Source of the DNA: Bacillales bacterium
GTDB taxonomy: Bacteria > Bacillota_I > Bacilli_A > RF39 > UBA660
DNA: 64,000 nt
NCBI GenBank assembly: GCA_016288635.1
Contig: JAEEKZ010000046.1
Span: 49,751 to 113,750 of the forward strand
Direction: 5' to 3'
The position numbers and the translations under genes are program-made. Shown here piece after piece: positions 1 through 9,060 of this stretch (position 1 is its first letter; every line of letters starts with the position of its first letter). The notes under the pieces are model-generated. The model searched no databases, had not been told where the DNA came from, and saw only the letters and a list, made by a program, of their open reading frames with translations.

Positions 1-93
1 AACAATCTTTAAAATGTTTAAAAGTGTACCGATAATTGCCCATAAATCCTTTGTCTTATTACAAAACTCTGCAGTATCAAGTAAATACATTTT
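1..93 (-). CDS. N-terminal fragment of an unidentified protein that continues past the window edge. The reverse complement reads MYLLDTAEFCNKTKDLWAIIGTLLNILKIV...
   Basis: ATG at 91-93 on the minus strand is preceded by a strong RBS (AGGAGAG, complement of 96-104). The frame stays open to the window edge. Confidence 0.3.
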
Positions 94-251
94 ATCTCTC
101 CTTCTTTCTAATTTTCGGCTTTTCTTGTCATTAAACAAGAGCAACCCATTTCATAAACTAATTTTACCTTAACAAAATAAAATAGTCAATAATATATCGT
201 AAATATATGTGTAAATAAAAAAGAAAATTTGTTTCCAAACTTTCTTCAAGA

Positions 252-593
252 TTAATTTCTTTCTTTAACTTTATATTCTTTACGCATACCTTTAACAAAG
301 TTAAGTTTAGCTCTTCTAACAAGACCTTTTTTAATAACTACTATTTTGTCAATTGTTGGAGCGTTAATTGGGAATATTCTTTCTACACCAATTGATCCAG
401 ATTTTTTACGAACTGTAAAAGTTGCAGAAACACTTCCTTCGTGTTTAGCAGTAACTAAACCTTCGAATGATTGAATTCTTTCCTTTTTACCTTCTTTTAC
501 CCAAACATCAACTCTTACTGTATCTCCTACTCTAAATTCAGGGATATCTTTACGAATATGCTTTTCATTAATCTTATCAACTAAATTAGCCAT
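252..593 (-). CDS. rplS: 50S ribosomal protein L19
   Basis: 113 aa with the typical L19 motifs (FRVGDTVRV, KEGKKERIQSFEG) and typical length. Confidence 0.9.
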   Translation of the reverse strand: MANLVDKINEKHIRKDIPEFRVGDTVRVDVWVKEGKKERIQSFEGLVTAKHEGSVSATFTVRKKSGSIGVERIFPINAPTIDKIVVIKKGLVRRAKLNFVKGMRKEYKVKERN

Positions 594-724
594 ATTTTCC
601 TTCCTTTCACTATATATTAACCAACAATCATGATATTAAATTCTTAATTCAGCGGATTATTTTTTCTTGGGCCAAAGGTATTATAGCAAATGTATATTTA
701 TATTTCAACACTTTTTTTATTGCT

Positions 725-2584
725 TTACTTAGATAAATACTCACAAATAATATTGCTTATTTCTGTTGGATTATCAATTGATAATCCTTCAATTAATCTA
801 GCTTGAGCATATAACACTTTTGTATACTTCTCTAAACCTTCTTTATCATTTTCATATAAGTCTTTTAATTTGCTTGCTATTTCATGTGATTCATTAATCT
901 CTAAAACCTTTGTAGCTTTAATAGAATCAGCATTAGGCATAAGCTTCATAGCCTTTTCCATTTCAATAGAAACGGCACCTTTTGTCGTTAATACTACTGG
1001 GTGATTCTTTAGGTTATTTGTAAATTTAATTTCACTTACTTCCGGAATTGCCTTTAACATTTCATCAAACAAGCCTTTAGCTTCTTCATTATTCTTCTTT
1101 AATTCTTCTTTTTCTTCTTCTGGCTCAACATCTTCAGTAGCAATGTTTGCAAATTCCATCTTTTCATATTCTCTTAATGTTAATAAAGCAAATTCATCAA
1201 TATACTCTGTACAATATAGTATTTCATATTTTTCTTTTAAAGATTCAACCTTTGGCATCTTATCAATCATTTCAATTGAATCGCCGCATGCATAATATAT
1301 TTTTGTTTGTCCATCTTTTTTTCTATCAACGTATTCTTTTAATGAAACTTGTTTTAAATCGTTAGATGAATTAAATAATATCAAATCTTTAATCTTGTCT
1401 TTATTTAAACCATATTCATTATAGATTCCAAACTTTAGTTGTAAAGCAAAGTCTTTATAGAACATTTCATACTTTTCTCTATCTTCTTTAAGAATTCTTT
1501 CTAATTCTTTGATAATCTTGTTCTCGATAGAATTAGCAATTGTTTTTAATACTCTATTTTGTTGTAAAGTTTCTCTTGAAATATTAAGTGACAAATCAGG
1601 AGAATCAACAACACCCTTAACAAAGCTTAAGTAATCAGGAAGTAAATCAGCACATTTTTCCATGATTAGTACACCATTTGAATATAGTTGTAATCCTTTT
1701 TCATAATCTTTTGAATAATAATTAAATGGTGCATGTGATGGAATATATAATAATGAATTATATTCAATCGTTCCCTCAGCAGAAGTATGAATATGACTTA
1801 TTGGTGATTCATAATCAAAGAATTTATCCTTATAGAATGTATCATATTCTTCATCTGTAATTTCATTTTTTCTTCTCTTCCAAAGTGGAACTAGTGAATT
1901 TAAAGTCTTAACTTCTCTTTCTTCTTTTTTCTCTTTAGATTCTTTATCCTCAACTTCTCTAACTTCTTCCATCTTAATTGGATAAGTAATGTAATCGCTA
2001 TATTTCTTAATTAAGCGTTCTATAGTGTTATATTCTAAATATTGATCATAGTCTTCATCATCATTTTCTTTAATAGTTAATTCTATTGTAGTTCCATAAT
2101 CATCTCTTTCAGCCTTTTTAATTGTATAACCTTCAATACCTTTACTTAACCATTCGTTAGCTTCATCAGATCCATATGCTTTAGATACAACTCTAACTTG
2201 ACTAGCAACCATAAATGCAGAATAAAAACCTACACCAAATTGGCCAATTATATCAATATCCTCTTTTTTCTCATTATTATTTTTAAAGTCTTGAGATCCA
2301 CTTTTAGCAATTGTTCCTAAGTTAGACTCCAATTCTTCTTTAGTCATACCTATTCCATTATCGGTAATGGATAATAATCTTTTATCTTTATCAATAGAAA
2401 TATTAATTTCTAACTTATCTTTATCAATCTTTATCTTCTTATCAGTTAACGATTTATAATGCAATTTATCAATTGCATCAGATGCATTAGATATTATCTC
2501 TCTTAAAAATATTTCCTTATTTGTATATATCGAATTTATCATCAAATCCATTAATTTCTTCGATTCTGTTTTAAATTCTTTCAT
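725..2584 (-). CDS. htpG: Molecular chaperone HtpG (Hsp90 family)
   Basis: Carries the Hsp90 N-terminal ATPase signature (IFLREIISNASDAIDKL) and is about 620 aa. I place the start at the ATG at 2584 (MKEFKTESKKLMDLMINSIYTNKE), which follows the RBS GGAGAGAGG. The ORF-track TTG extension to 2647 is probably not real. Confidence 0.9.
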   Translation of the reverse strand: MKEFKTESKKLMDLMINSIYTNKEIFLREIISNASDAIDKLHYKSLTDKKIKIDKDKLEINISIDKDKRLLSITDNGIGMTKEELESNLGTIAKSGSQDFKNNNEKKEDIDIIGQFGVGFYSAFMVASQVRVVSKAYGSDEANEWLSKGIEGYTIKKAERDDYGTTIELTIKENDDEDYDQYLEYNTIERLIKKYSDYITYPIKMEEVREVEDKESKEKKEEREVKTLNSLVPLWKRRKNEITDEEYDTFYKDKFFDYESPISHIHTSAEGTIEYNSLLYIPSHAPFNYYSKDYEKGLQLYSNGVLIMEKCADLLPDYLSFVKGVVDSPDLSLNISRETLQQNRVLKTIANSIENKIIKELERILKEDREKYEMFYKDFALQLKFGIYNEYGLNKDKIKDLILFNSSNDLKQVSLKEYVDRKKDGQTKIYYACGDSIEMIDKMPKVESLKEKYEILYCTEYIDEFALLTLREYEKMEFANIATEDVEPEEEKEELKKNNEEAKGLFDEMLKAIPEVSEIKFTNNLKNHPVVLTTKGAVSIEMEKAMKLMPNADSIKATKVLEINESHEIASKLKDLYENDKEGLEKYTKVLYAQARLIEGLSIDNPTEISNIICEYLSK

Positions 2585-2633
2585 ATTTCCTCTCTCCTTG
2601 TACTTGTGTACTAGAATTAATGTAGCACTATTT

Positions 2634-2660
2634 TTAGCACTTGTCAATCATAAGTGCTAA
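2634..2660. promoter_or_regulatory. CIRCE-like inverted repeat (HrcA operator) upstream of htpG
   Basis: TTAGCACTT-GTCAATCAT-AAGTGCTAA fits the CIRCE consensus TTAGCACTC-N9-GAGTGCTAA, with one change per arm. It lies about 50 nt upstream of the htpG start. Confidence 0.6.
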
Positions 2661-2671
2661 TTATTACTTGA

Positions 2672-2705
2672 AATAAAAAAAGTGCTATTTCTAGCACTTA
2701 TTTTA
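2672..2705 (-). terminator. Rho-independent terminator downstream of the fused giant ORF; appears bidirectional
   Basis: Hairpin AAGTGCTA-tttc-TAGCACTT with an A-run on one side and a T-run on the other. It sits immediately after the stop codon at 2703. Confidence 0.5.
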
Positions 2706-5700
2706 TTTCCAAGATGGTCCACCAAATTCTTTTTGTGAACCTATTTTTTCAACATCTATTTCATAACTAGCAACATTAATAAATGTATGCCAGTAATTGT
2801 TTTGTGAATTATTTACTTGTGTAGAAGCATGCTCTCTTTGTTCTTTATCTGAACTATTAATACGAGATGTACTAATATAATCAAAATCAGACTCAAACTT
2901 ATCAATAAATTCACTATAACAGAATATGTTTTCAAATGTTCTATCTTGAATCTTGTAGTCATAGCATTTTAATGAATTATCACTAAATCCACCTTTGCTA
3001 TTTTGATCTCTATTATAATCTCTAATCTTAGAAGCAAGACTTGGAGTCATAACAACTTTTAACACTTTTTGATAAGATCCAATTTCTTCAATCTCAGAAG
3101 TTATATAATCTTCTTTATCCATATAAATTAATTCACCATATTCAGATATTTCCCTAATCGTAGCTTTTGCTTTCTTAGCAATTATTTCATATTCTGAATT
3201 AACATTCCAGTTATATGGAGCCGATGTTTTATCACACCCTAAGATATTGCATTCTTGTTCAGGTGAACCTAAATCGCCTGAATTATTAGCTGTAGCTGTC
3301 TTATCAGGTGGAATTACCGTAATTGGTTTAAAGTTAAATTGTAAATCTCCATCATCGTAAATACATCCAATACAGCATTCCTCGCATTCTACTGTACAAA
3401 CTGGACAATGTGGAGTTATTGTACATAATTCTTCAGACTCACATGAAACATCACACATAGGACAATTAATAATGTATTGACATACATATTCACCATTAAA
3501 TAATACTTTATCAGAATTATTTAACAATTTATTAACCACTGTATTAGCATTTTCAACGGTATTATTAATAATTCTTCCTTTATCATGTTCATCAATTTCT
3601 GTTAAATATTTGTTATCGTACAATTCTCCAATTTTATCGACTTTATATTTAAAATCAAAAATACCGGTTGGAACTTTTATTTGAATTGGTAAGCCTTCAA
3701 TGATTGTTGAGTTTGTCGTCTCTTCATCTGTTACTACGCCAGATGGGAATGTGTTATAAACTACATTCTTAGTTGCATATTTATACGTATCAACATATTT
3801 TATTGAACGGTATCTTGTATTATATACTGTATACTTCTGACCGGATTCTTTTAAATTAGATCCGTCCCATTCATATTTATGAATCGCTGAACTTAAACTT
3901 ACAGGATTACTTCCACACTCTTCATAAGAATTATCTTTCAAACTTCCCGTACATCCCTCAACTGGGTATGATTTTTCTTCGGTTACGCTCGAAACATTAA
4001 AGACATTTCTATCTCCTTTATTAAAGAATCTTTCAAAATAAATATCTGCATATTCAAACTTGATTGTTAAAGGATCTAATCCTTTAACATCCCAACCATT
4101 ACATTCATTAATTTCAGAAACTTCTAAATCAATATTTGAAATCAATTTTCCAATTTGTTCTTCAGCATCTTTATATTTTTGTTCATAATCACTTCTGCTT
4201 TCATTAAATTTATCTTCAGCAGTTTTACTAATTGAATTTGAACCAGTACATTGATTAATTTGTTTATCGTATGTTGCTAGAATATAAGAATCCTCAAATG
4301 ATAATGAAGATGTTCTTTCTTCTCTATTAACTACTATTTGATAATCAACATAATTTCCTTGTTTAGTTCCCTCAACTAATTTATAAACATTATATTTTAT
4401 TCCACTCTTTTCACCAGGAACTCTTATTTCCGTAATATTTAATTCTCCCGCGCAAGAAGAAATTTTTCTATTACTTGTAGAAGAATTAACCAGTGCTTCA
4501 AAATAAGCTTTATTCTCAGCATAAACATTTAATTGTTTTACTAATTTTTTATAATATCTACCTACAATTTCATTAAATCCTTCAATATTTACGCCATCAG
4601 GTTCTGTTCTATTAGTATTATCGTTATATGTTCCCCTTCCTAAGTAGCATGTCTTTGTACCTTTTGAATCAGCTTTTAAAGTAATATATCTACCACTAAA
4701 TGTTTCTTGTCTTCCAGAGAATTTTAAATAATCATAATCTTCTTTACAATAAACTGCACAATACTTATTACCAGTTTTAGGAATAGTCATTGAATCAGGT
4801 TCATGATCTCCAGCCAACTTATAAGTATTTCCCGCAATATCTTTATTATTTAAAACACATTTAACAATATTATCATTTGCTACTTCTTTAAAGTCAAAGA
4901 CGTTTATCATATTGTCTTCGTCAGGTTCAAGATTAACACACGATTTAGATCCATTTATTTCTGGACCACAACACTTTTTACTAAACTCTTCAAATGTTAC
5001 AGGTTTACCATCATCTCCACGATAATCATCGCCCGGTAAAACAACACATGAACATTCTTCTTTAAATCCAGGATCAGATGAAGATGTGTAATGACTAAAA
5101 TTCCCATCAGATCCCATTGATCCATAGAACACCCCATTATTGGCTTCTGTACAAGAACAAGAATTAATATATTCTGATTTTAATTTAGTACGTGTTCCAT
5201 CAGCTAAATAGTAATATCCAGATTCAGCATCATATTCACAATAATGCTTTGTAGGATTATCACAATAATCAATATATTCTTCCTCTGTTACTCTAATTCC
5301 ATCATAATAGTAATCAGTATCATTTTCTATACAACATCCAGTTTGATATATACAACTACTAGGATTACATAATTGCTTATATTCTTCCATAGATACTGGT
5401 TTTCCATCATAGTAAGTAACATCACCATCTATACAGCATCCAGGCTCTGTTGTACAATCATTTTCTCCGGAATCACATACTTTTTTCCATTGTTCATAAT
5501 TACTTTCATCAGAACCTAAATCAATTAAATTCCCATCATTATCATAATATAAATGAGGAGTCACTTCAGTAACAATTCTACAACCACATAAATCCTTAAA
5601 TTTTTGAATTATTTCTTCTAAACTTGAGCCTGTTATTTTGTTATAATCCCAATCGTAATAATTACCCTCTTCATCTATTTGGCATCTATATTTTGGGCAA

Positions 5701-7373
5701 TCTATATTTGGATTATTTGTTACTTTTTTAATCTCTAAATCGCTTGATTCATCATAAAAAATATATTTTTGAGTACTTGCAGCTGTTGATGCTTTTGTAC
5801 TTAGATAACTAATTGTTTTATTATTTTTCTTATACTCATAAGAAATTGTATATTTTGTTTTAGAATTACTACATGATTCCCCAATATATTTTAATCTTAT
5901 ATATGCTTCATTACTTGTGCACTTTAATTTCTTAATATCTGTTTTAGACTTATTAAATGATTTATTACAAGAATAATCAACAATATAATTATCATTATCT
6001 ACTGCAATTTTTGTAATTCTTTTATAATTATTTATTTTATGAATTACTATTCTTTTATCAACTTCTCCGGCTTCAATAGATATTTCGCTTTCATCTATTT
6101 GTTCAGTTGCATATTTTCCTGCTTTATATATCTTACATGCATCAATATCAAATGCTTCGCGACAATCTTCACTGGCGGCATCATATGCAGTTTTAACACC
6201 ATTAAATGCTCCTGTAGAAAGTGTTCTTATTGCTTGAGCAAGAGAAACATATTGATCATTTGATAAATTATTTAGATTATATCCTAACGTTGATTCTGCA
6301 TATGAAAACATTTCTATAATGCTATTATTATATGTAGCATAAAATTCTGATGTACGAGAATCATTTGCGGGATCCGCTACTTTATAAACTTGTTTTACTG
6401 AATGCAATCCTGGATTAATACAAACAGCAAAACGAGTTTTTCCTTCACCAGTAGCATCATATTTTAATATATTTCTTAATCTTTTTTCACCAGTATATCC
6501 CCCTAAGTGATATGAAGAATATGTAGTATGCATAACAGTACCATATATTGTGTATTGTTGTTCTTCAGCATGAGCAGTAAATGGTAATAATACTAATATT
6601 AATAATAACAAAAATAGTTTTTTCTTTTTATGTCCTTTTTTAGACGGCTTTCTGCTTTGATAAATAGCAATAACTATTCCTAAAGCAATAATTGCTCCAC
6701 CTACAAAATATAATCCTAGCTTTATTGAGGAAGCAACTTTCTCTTGAAAATCTTTCTCCTCTTTTTTTGTTTCCTCTTTCTTTTCTCCATTTAAATAACT
6801 AGTTAATTCTTTTTGAAAAGTTTTATATGATATTTCACTCATCGTTGTAAATGTTTGACAAAAACTAAATTCAGGATGATCGATACATGCCTCATTATAA
6901 GAATAATGATTAAATCTAGGCAAAACCAATTTAAGTAATTTGATAGTTTCGCCATAACATGATGTGTTATTAGATGCCTTTACTGCAATATTTAAATTAC
7001 GAATATAATCAACATCATTAACTCCATATTCTTTTACATATTTTCCGTTTGTACTAGTACTATAATCAGCATAAACTACTTCAGGACTTATATCATCAGT
7101 TATTTCAGCATATAAATTCTCGGTTAAATTTAAAATATTTAATTTTAAACCATAACCAGTAATTAAACCTGTTTCATCTTCAAACTCTTGAATAACACCA
7201 TCAATGTTGTCATCAGTTTCAATTTCAACCACTTCGTATTTTGCTTCAACTAAATTTGCTTCTCTATTTAATTTTGCTTTTTCTTCATAATTGCAATTTG
7301 CTGCCTTAACAGGAAATATTATTATTAAAAGAAAACTTATCAACAATAAAAAACAACCTTTTTTAAGATTCAT
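2703..7373 (-). CDS. Module 1, in-frame fusion of a small membrane-anchored protein and a giant Cys-rich secreted protein. Paralogous to the gene pairs 58238-59023/53815-58245 and 63072-63872/59125-63075
   Basis: The layout reads: signal peptide, about 210-aa domain, TM helix (GLYFVGGAIIALGIVIAIY), basic tail KKGHKKKK, a second signal-peptide-like hydrophobic segment (LFLLLLILVLLPFTAHA), then a 1300-aa Cys-rich region. Both parts align with the separate small and large proteins of the other two modules. Confidence 0.6.
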   Translation of the reverse strand: MNLKKGCFLLLISFLLIIIFPVKAANCNYEEKAKLNREANLVEAKYEVVEIETDDNIDGVIQEFEDETGLITGYGLKLNILNLTENLYAEITDDISPEVVYADYSTSTNGKYVKEYGVNDVDYIRNLNIAVKASNNTSCYGETIKLLKLVLPRFNHYSYNEACIDHPEFSFCQTFTTMSEISYKTFQKELTSYLNGEKKEETKKEEKDFQEKVASSIKLGLYFVGGAIIALGIVIAIYQSRKPSKKGHKKKKLFLLLLILVLLPFTAHAEEQQYTIYGTVMHTTYSSYHLGGYTGEKRLRNILKYDATGEGKTRFAVCINPGLHSVKQVYKVADPANDSRTSEFYATYNNSIIEMFSYAESTLGYNLNNLSNDQYVSLAQAIRTLSTGAFNGVKTAYDAASEDCREAFDIDACKIYKAGKYATEQIDESEISIEAGEVDKRIVIHKINNYKRITKIAVDNDNYIVDYSCNKSFNKSKTDIKKLKCTSNEAYIRLKYIGESCSNSKTKYTISYEYKKNNKTISYLSTKASTAASTQKYIFYDESSDLEIKKVTNNPNIDCPKYRCQIDEEGNYYDWDYNKITGSSLEEIIQKFKDLCGCRIVTEVTPHLYYDNDGNLIDLGSDESNYEQWKKVCDSGENDCTTEPGCCIDGDVTYYDGKPVSMEEYKQLCNPSSCIYQTGCCIENDTDYYYDGIRVTEEEYIDYCDNPTKHYCEYDAESGYYYLADGTRTKLKSEYINSCSCTEANNGVFYGSMGSDGNFSHYTSSSDPGFKEECSCVVLPGDDYRGDDGKPVTFEEFSKKCCGPEINGSKSCVNLEPDEDNMINVFDFKEVANDNIVKCVLNNKDIAGNTYKLAGDHEPDSMTIPKTGNKYCAVYCKEDYDYLKFSGRQETFSGRYITLKADSKGTKTCYLGRGTYNDNTNRTEPDGVNIEGFNEIVGRYYKKLVKQLNVYAENKAYFEALVNSSTSNRKISSCAGELNITEIRVPGEKSGIKYNVYKLVEGTKQGNYVDYQIVVNREERTSSLSFEDSYILATYDKQINQCTGSNSISKTAEDKFNESRSDYEQKYKDAEEQIGKLISNIDLEVSEINECNGWDVKGLDPLTIKFEYADIYFERFFNKGDRNVFNVSSVTEEKSYPVEGCTGSLKDNSYEECGSNPVSLSSAIHKYEWDGSNLKESGQKYTVYNTRYRSIKYVDTYKYATKNVVYNTFPSGVVTDEETTNSTIIEGLPIQIKVPTGIFDFKYKVDKIGELYDNKYLTEIDEHDKGRIINNTVENANTVVNKLLNNSDKVLFNGEYVCQYIINCPMCDVSCESEELCTITPHCPVCTVECEECCIGCIYDDGDLQFNFKPITVIPPDKTATANNSGDLGSPEQECNILGCDKTSAPYNWNVNSEYEIIAKKAKATIREISEYGELIYMDKEDYITSEIEEIGSYQKVLKVVMTPSLASKIRDYNRDQNSKGGFSDNSLKCYDYKIQDRTFENIFCYSEFIDKFESDFDYISTSRINSSDKEQREHASTQVNNSQNNYWHTFINVASYEIDVEKIGSQKEFGGPSWK

Positions 7374-7429
7374 ATCATATCACCCTACTATTTTTAGTTT
7401 ACCATAATTGCCCATATAACACAAACAAA

Positions 7430-7462
7430 ATAACTAAAAAAACAGCTTATTCTTAAGCTGTT
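7430..7462 (-). terminator. Rho-independent terminator at the end of divIB/ftsQ
   Basis: Hairpin AACAGCTTA-ttc-TTAAGCTGTT followed by a T-run on the minus strand. It overlaps the stop codon. Confidence 0.5.
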
Positions 7463-8177
7463 ATTTTCCTTTTTCATAAATATAATTTGAACTATTACTA
7501 TCCAAATACAAAGTACCATTATTACCAATTTTTTCATATATTTTTAAATATTCATTCAATTTTCTAATATTTGGCGTATTTATATAAACATCATTTCCAT
7601 CATTCATTCTTAACAAAAAACGATATTCATCATAAACGACTTCATTCTTTATATCAGGATTATATTCTATTTCACTAATAGATCTAATTATTTCATCATC
7701 AATTTTATTTAACCCTTTTATTAATTCTTTATAGACTCCATCTTCAGTAACATAATTAATTAATGTTGGAAGCCCAATATATTTATTTGAATTTTTAACT
7801 TCTTTACTATTTGCTAAGACAACGTTACCCGTTATCATATTAACAAATAAAGGTTTACTCTCTTTAACAGAAATAGTTACTTTGCCACTTAAACTAAGTT
7901 TAATATTTGCTTCTTCAACATAACCAGTCTTAATTAAATTATCTTTAATTTTTAGTATATCAACACTTATTATTTTAGAATAATTACTTATTCCCGATAA
8001 ATCAATTATTTCATTATCAGTTAAATACTTGGCATTTTCAACAACAATATTTTTTACACGCATATTTAATATCCCTTTAATAGCAAAAAACAATACTACT
8101 AAAAGGATTATTAGAAATAAAATGCCTTTATAATTTATTCTAAGTTTCCTCTTCACTTTCTTCTTTTCTTTTTCCAT
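7461..8177 (-). CDS. ftsQ: Cell division protein DivIB/FtsQ
   Basis: Short basic N-terminus, one TM helix, then a POTRA-like extracellular domain. It follows murG-murB, the conserved dcw-cluster position. Confidence 0.7.
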   Translation of the reverse strand: MEKEKKKVKRKLRINYKGILFLIILLVVLFFAIKGILNMRVKNIVVENAKYLTDNEIIDLSGISNYSKIISVDILKIKDNLIKTGYVEEANIKLSLSGKVTISVKESKPLFVNMITGNVVLANSKEVKNSNKYIGLPTLINYVTEDGVYKELIKGLNKIDDEIIRSISEIEYNPDIKNEVVYDEYRFLLRMNDGNDVYINTPNIRKLNEYLKIYEKIGNNGTLYLDSNSSNYIYEKGK

Positions 8178-8178
8178 T

Positions 8179-9060
8179 TTAATTCCATCTAACTATCTTT
8201 TGCTCTAATTCTAATTCGATTTTATAATTATCATATACTTCTTTTTGAATATATTTAATCAATTCTTTTATATCTTTAGATGTAGCATTTCCACCATTAA
8301 CAATAAAGTTTGCATGAACTTCACTAACCATTGCACCACCAATACTATAGCCCTTTAAACCTAAAGAATCTATTAACCTGCCAGCTGCATCTCCCTCTGG
8401 ATTTTTAAAAACAGATCCTGCATTTGGCATACTAAGTGGCTGTGATTTCATTCTTTTTAATGCTTGCTCTTTAATTAATTCTCTTGCTTCATCAACATCG
8501 CCTTTTTCAACTTTAAACTTTGCGCCTAAAACAATACATTTATTTAAATTAGAACGTCTATAACCATATTCAATTTCATCTTTTTTTAATTTAATTAAAT
8601 CACCATTTTTATCAATTACTGTAACACTAACTAAATACTCAAATATTTCATGATTATATGCTCCTGCATTTCCTACAAGAGCTCCACCAAGAGTTCCCGG
8701 AATAGAATTAGCCCAGTAAAAATTTACATATTCATTTTTTAATAAAGTCTCATTTAAAACTCCAAGCGTTACTCCTGCTTCAACTTCGATTTCATCTTTA
8801 TCTTTATTAATTTCAATATTATTAAGTAAATCAAATACTATAATATTACCATTATAATCTTCATCAGGAAGAATTACATTTGATCCATTGCCCAAAATAT
8901 AATAACTCTCATCTGCTTTTTTTATTTCATCTAAAACTTTTTTTACATCTTTAAGAGAATAAGGATGAATAATTCTTTTAGCATATCCACCAATTTTATA
9001 TGTATTATATTTTTTTAAATCTGCATTTTCTTCAACTTCCGCAATTTTATCTAGTTTCAT
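8179..9060 (-). CDS. murB: UDP-N-acetylenolpyruvoylglucosamine reductase MurB
   Basis: FAD-binding N-terminus (KYNTYKIGG...LGNGSNVI), about 290 aa, and adjacent to murG. Confidence 0.9.
   Translation of the reverse strand: MKLDKIAEVEENADLKKYNTYKIGGYAKRIIHPYSLKDVKKVLDEIKKADESYYILGNGSNVILPDEDYNGNIIVFDLLNNIEINKDKDEIEVEAGVTLGVLNETLLKNEYVNFYWANSIPGTLGGALVGNAGAYNHEIFEYLVSVTVIDKNGDLIKLKKDEIEYGYRRSNLNKCIVLGAKFKVEKGDVDEARELIKEQALKRMKSQPLSMPNAGSVFKNPEGDAAGRLIDSLGLKGYSIGGAMVSEVHANFIVNGGNATSKDIKELIKYIQKEVYDNYKIELELEQKIVRWN

Noticed and set aside
1147-1365. Short plus-strand ORFs antisense to long minus-strand genes. These are 1147-1365, 6039-6263, 9649-10029, 19467-19703 (-), 20150-20356 (-), 21278-21469 (-), 24985-25179 (-), 25593-25853, 27884-28111, 29158-29440, 33420-33626, 34214-34459, 36000-36257, 37768-37965, 38924-39163, 40029-40629, 41071-42123, 43272-44864, 45921-46136, 47781-48086, 48903-49109 (-), 49295-49811, 49622-49846 (-), 52346-52531 (-), 54439-54636, 61391-62835.
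   Set aside because: Each lies entirely inside, and antisense or out of frame to, a strongly supported gene. Their products are low-complexity Leu/Phe/Ile/Ser-rich strings, as expected for AT-rich antisense frames, and none has an RBS.
2585-2647. The ORF track extends htpG 21 codons upstream to a TTG at 2647. It also TTG-extends murG (10145), ftsK (19806) and trmL (22740).
   Set aside because: In each case an internal ATG with a good Shine-Dalgarno sequence coincides with the conserved protein N-terminus. For htpG the extension would also run through the CIRCE operator.
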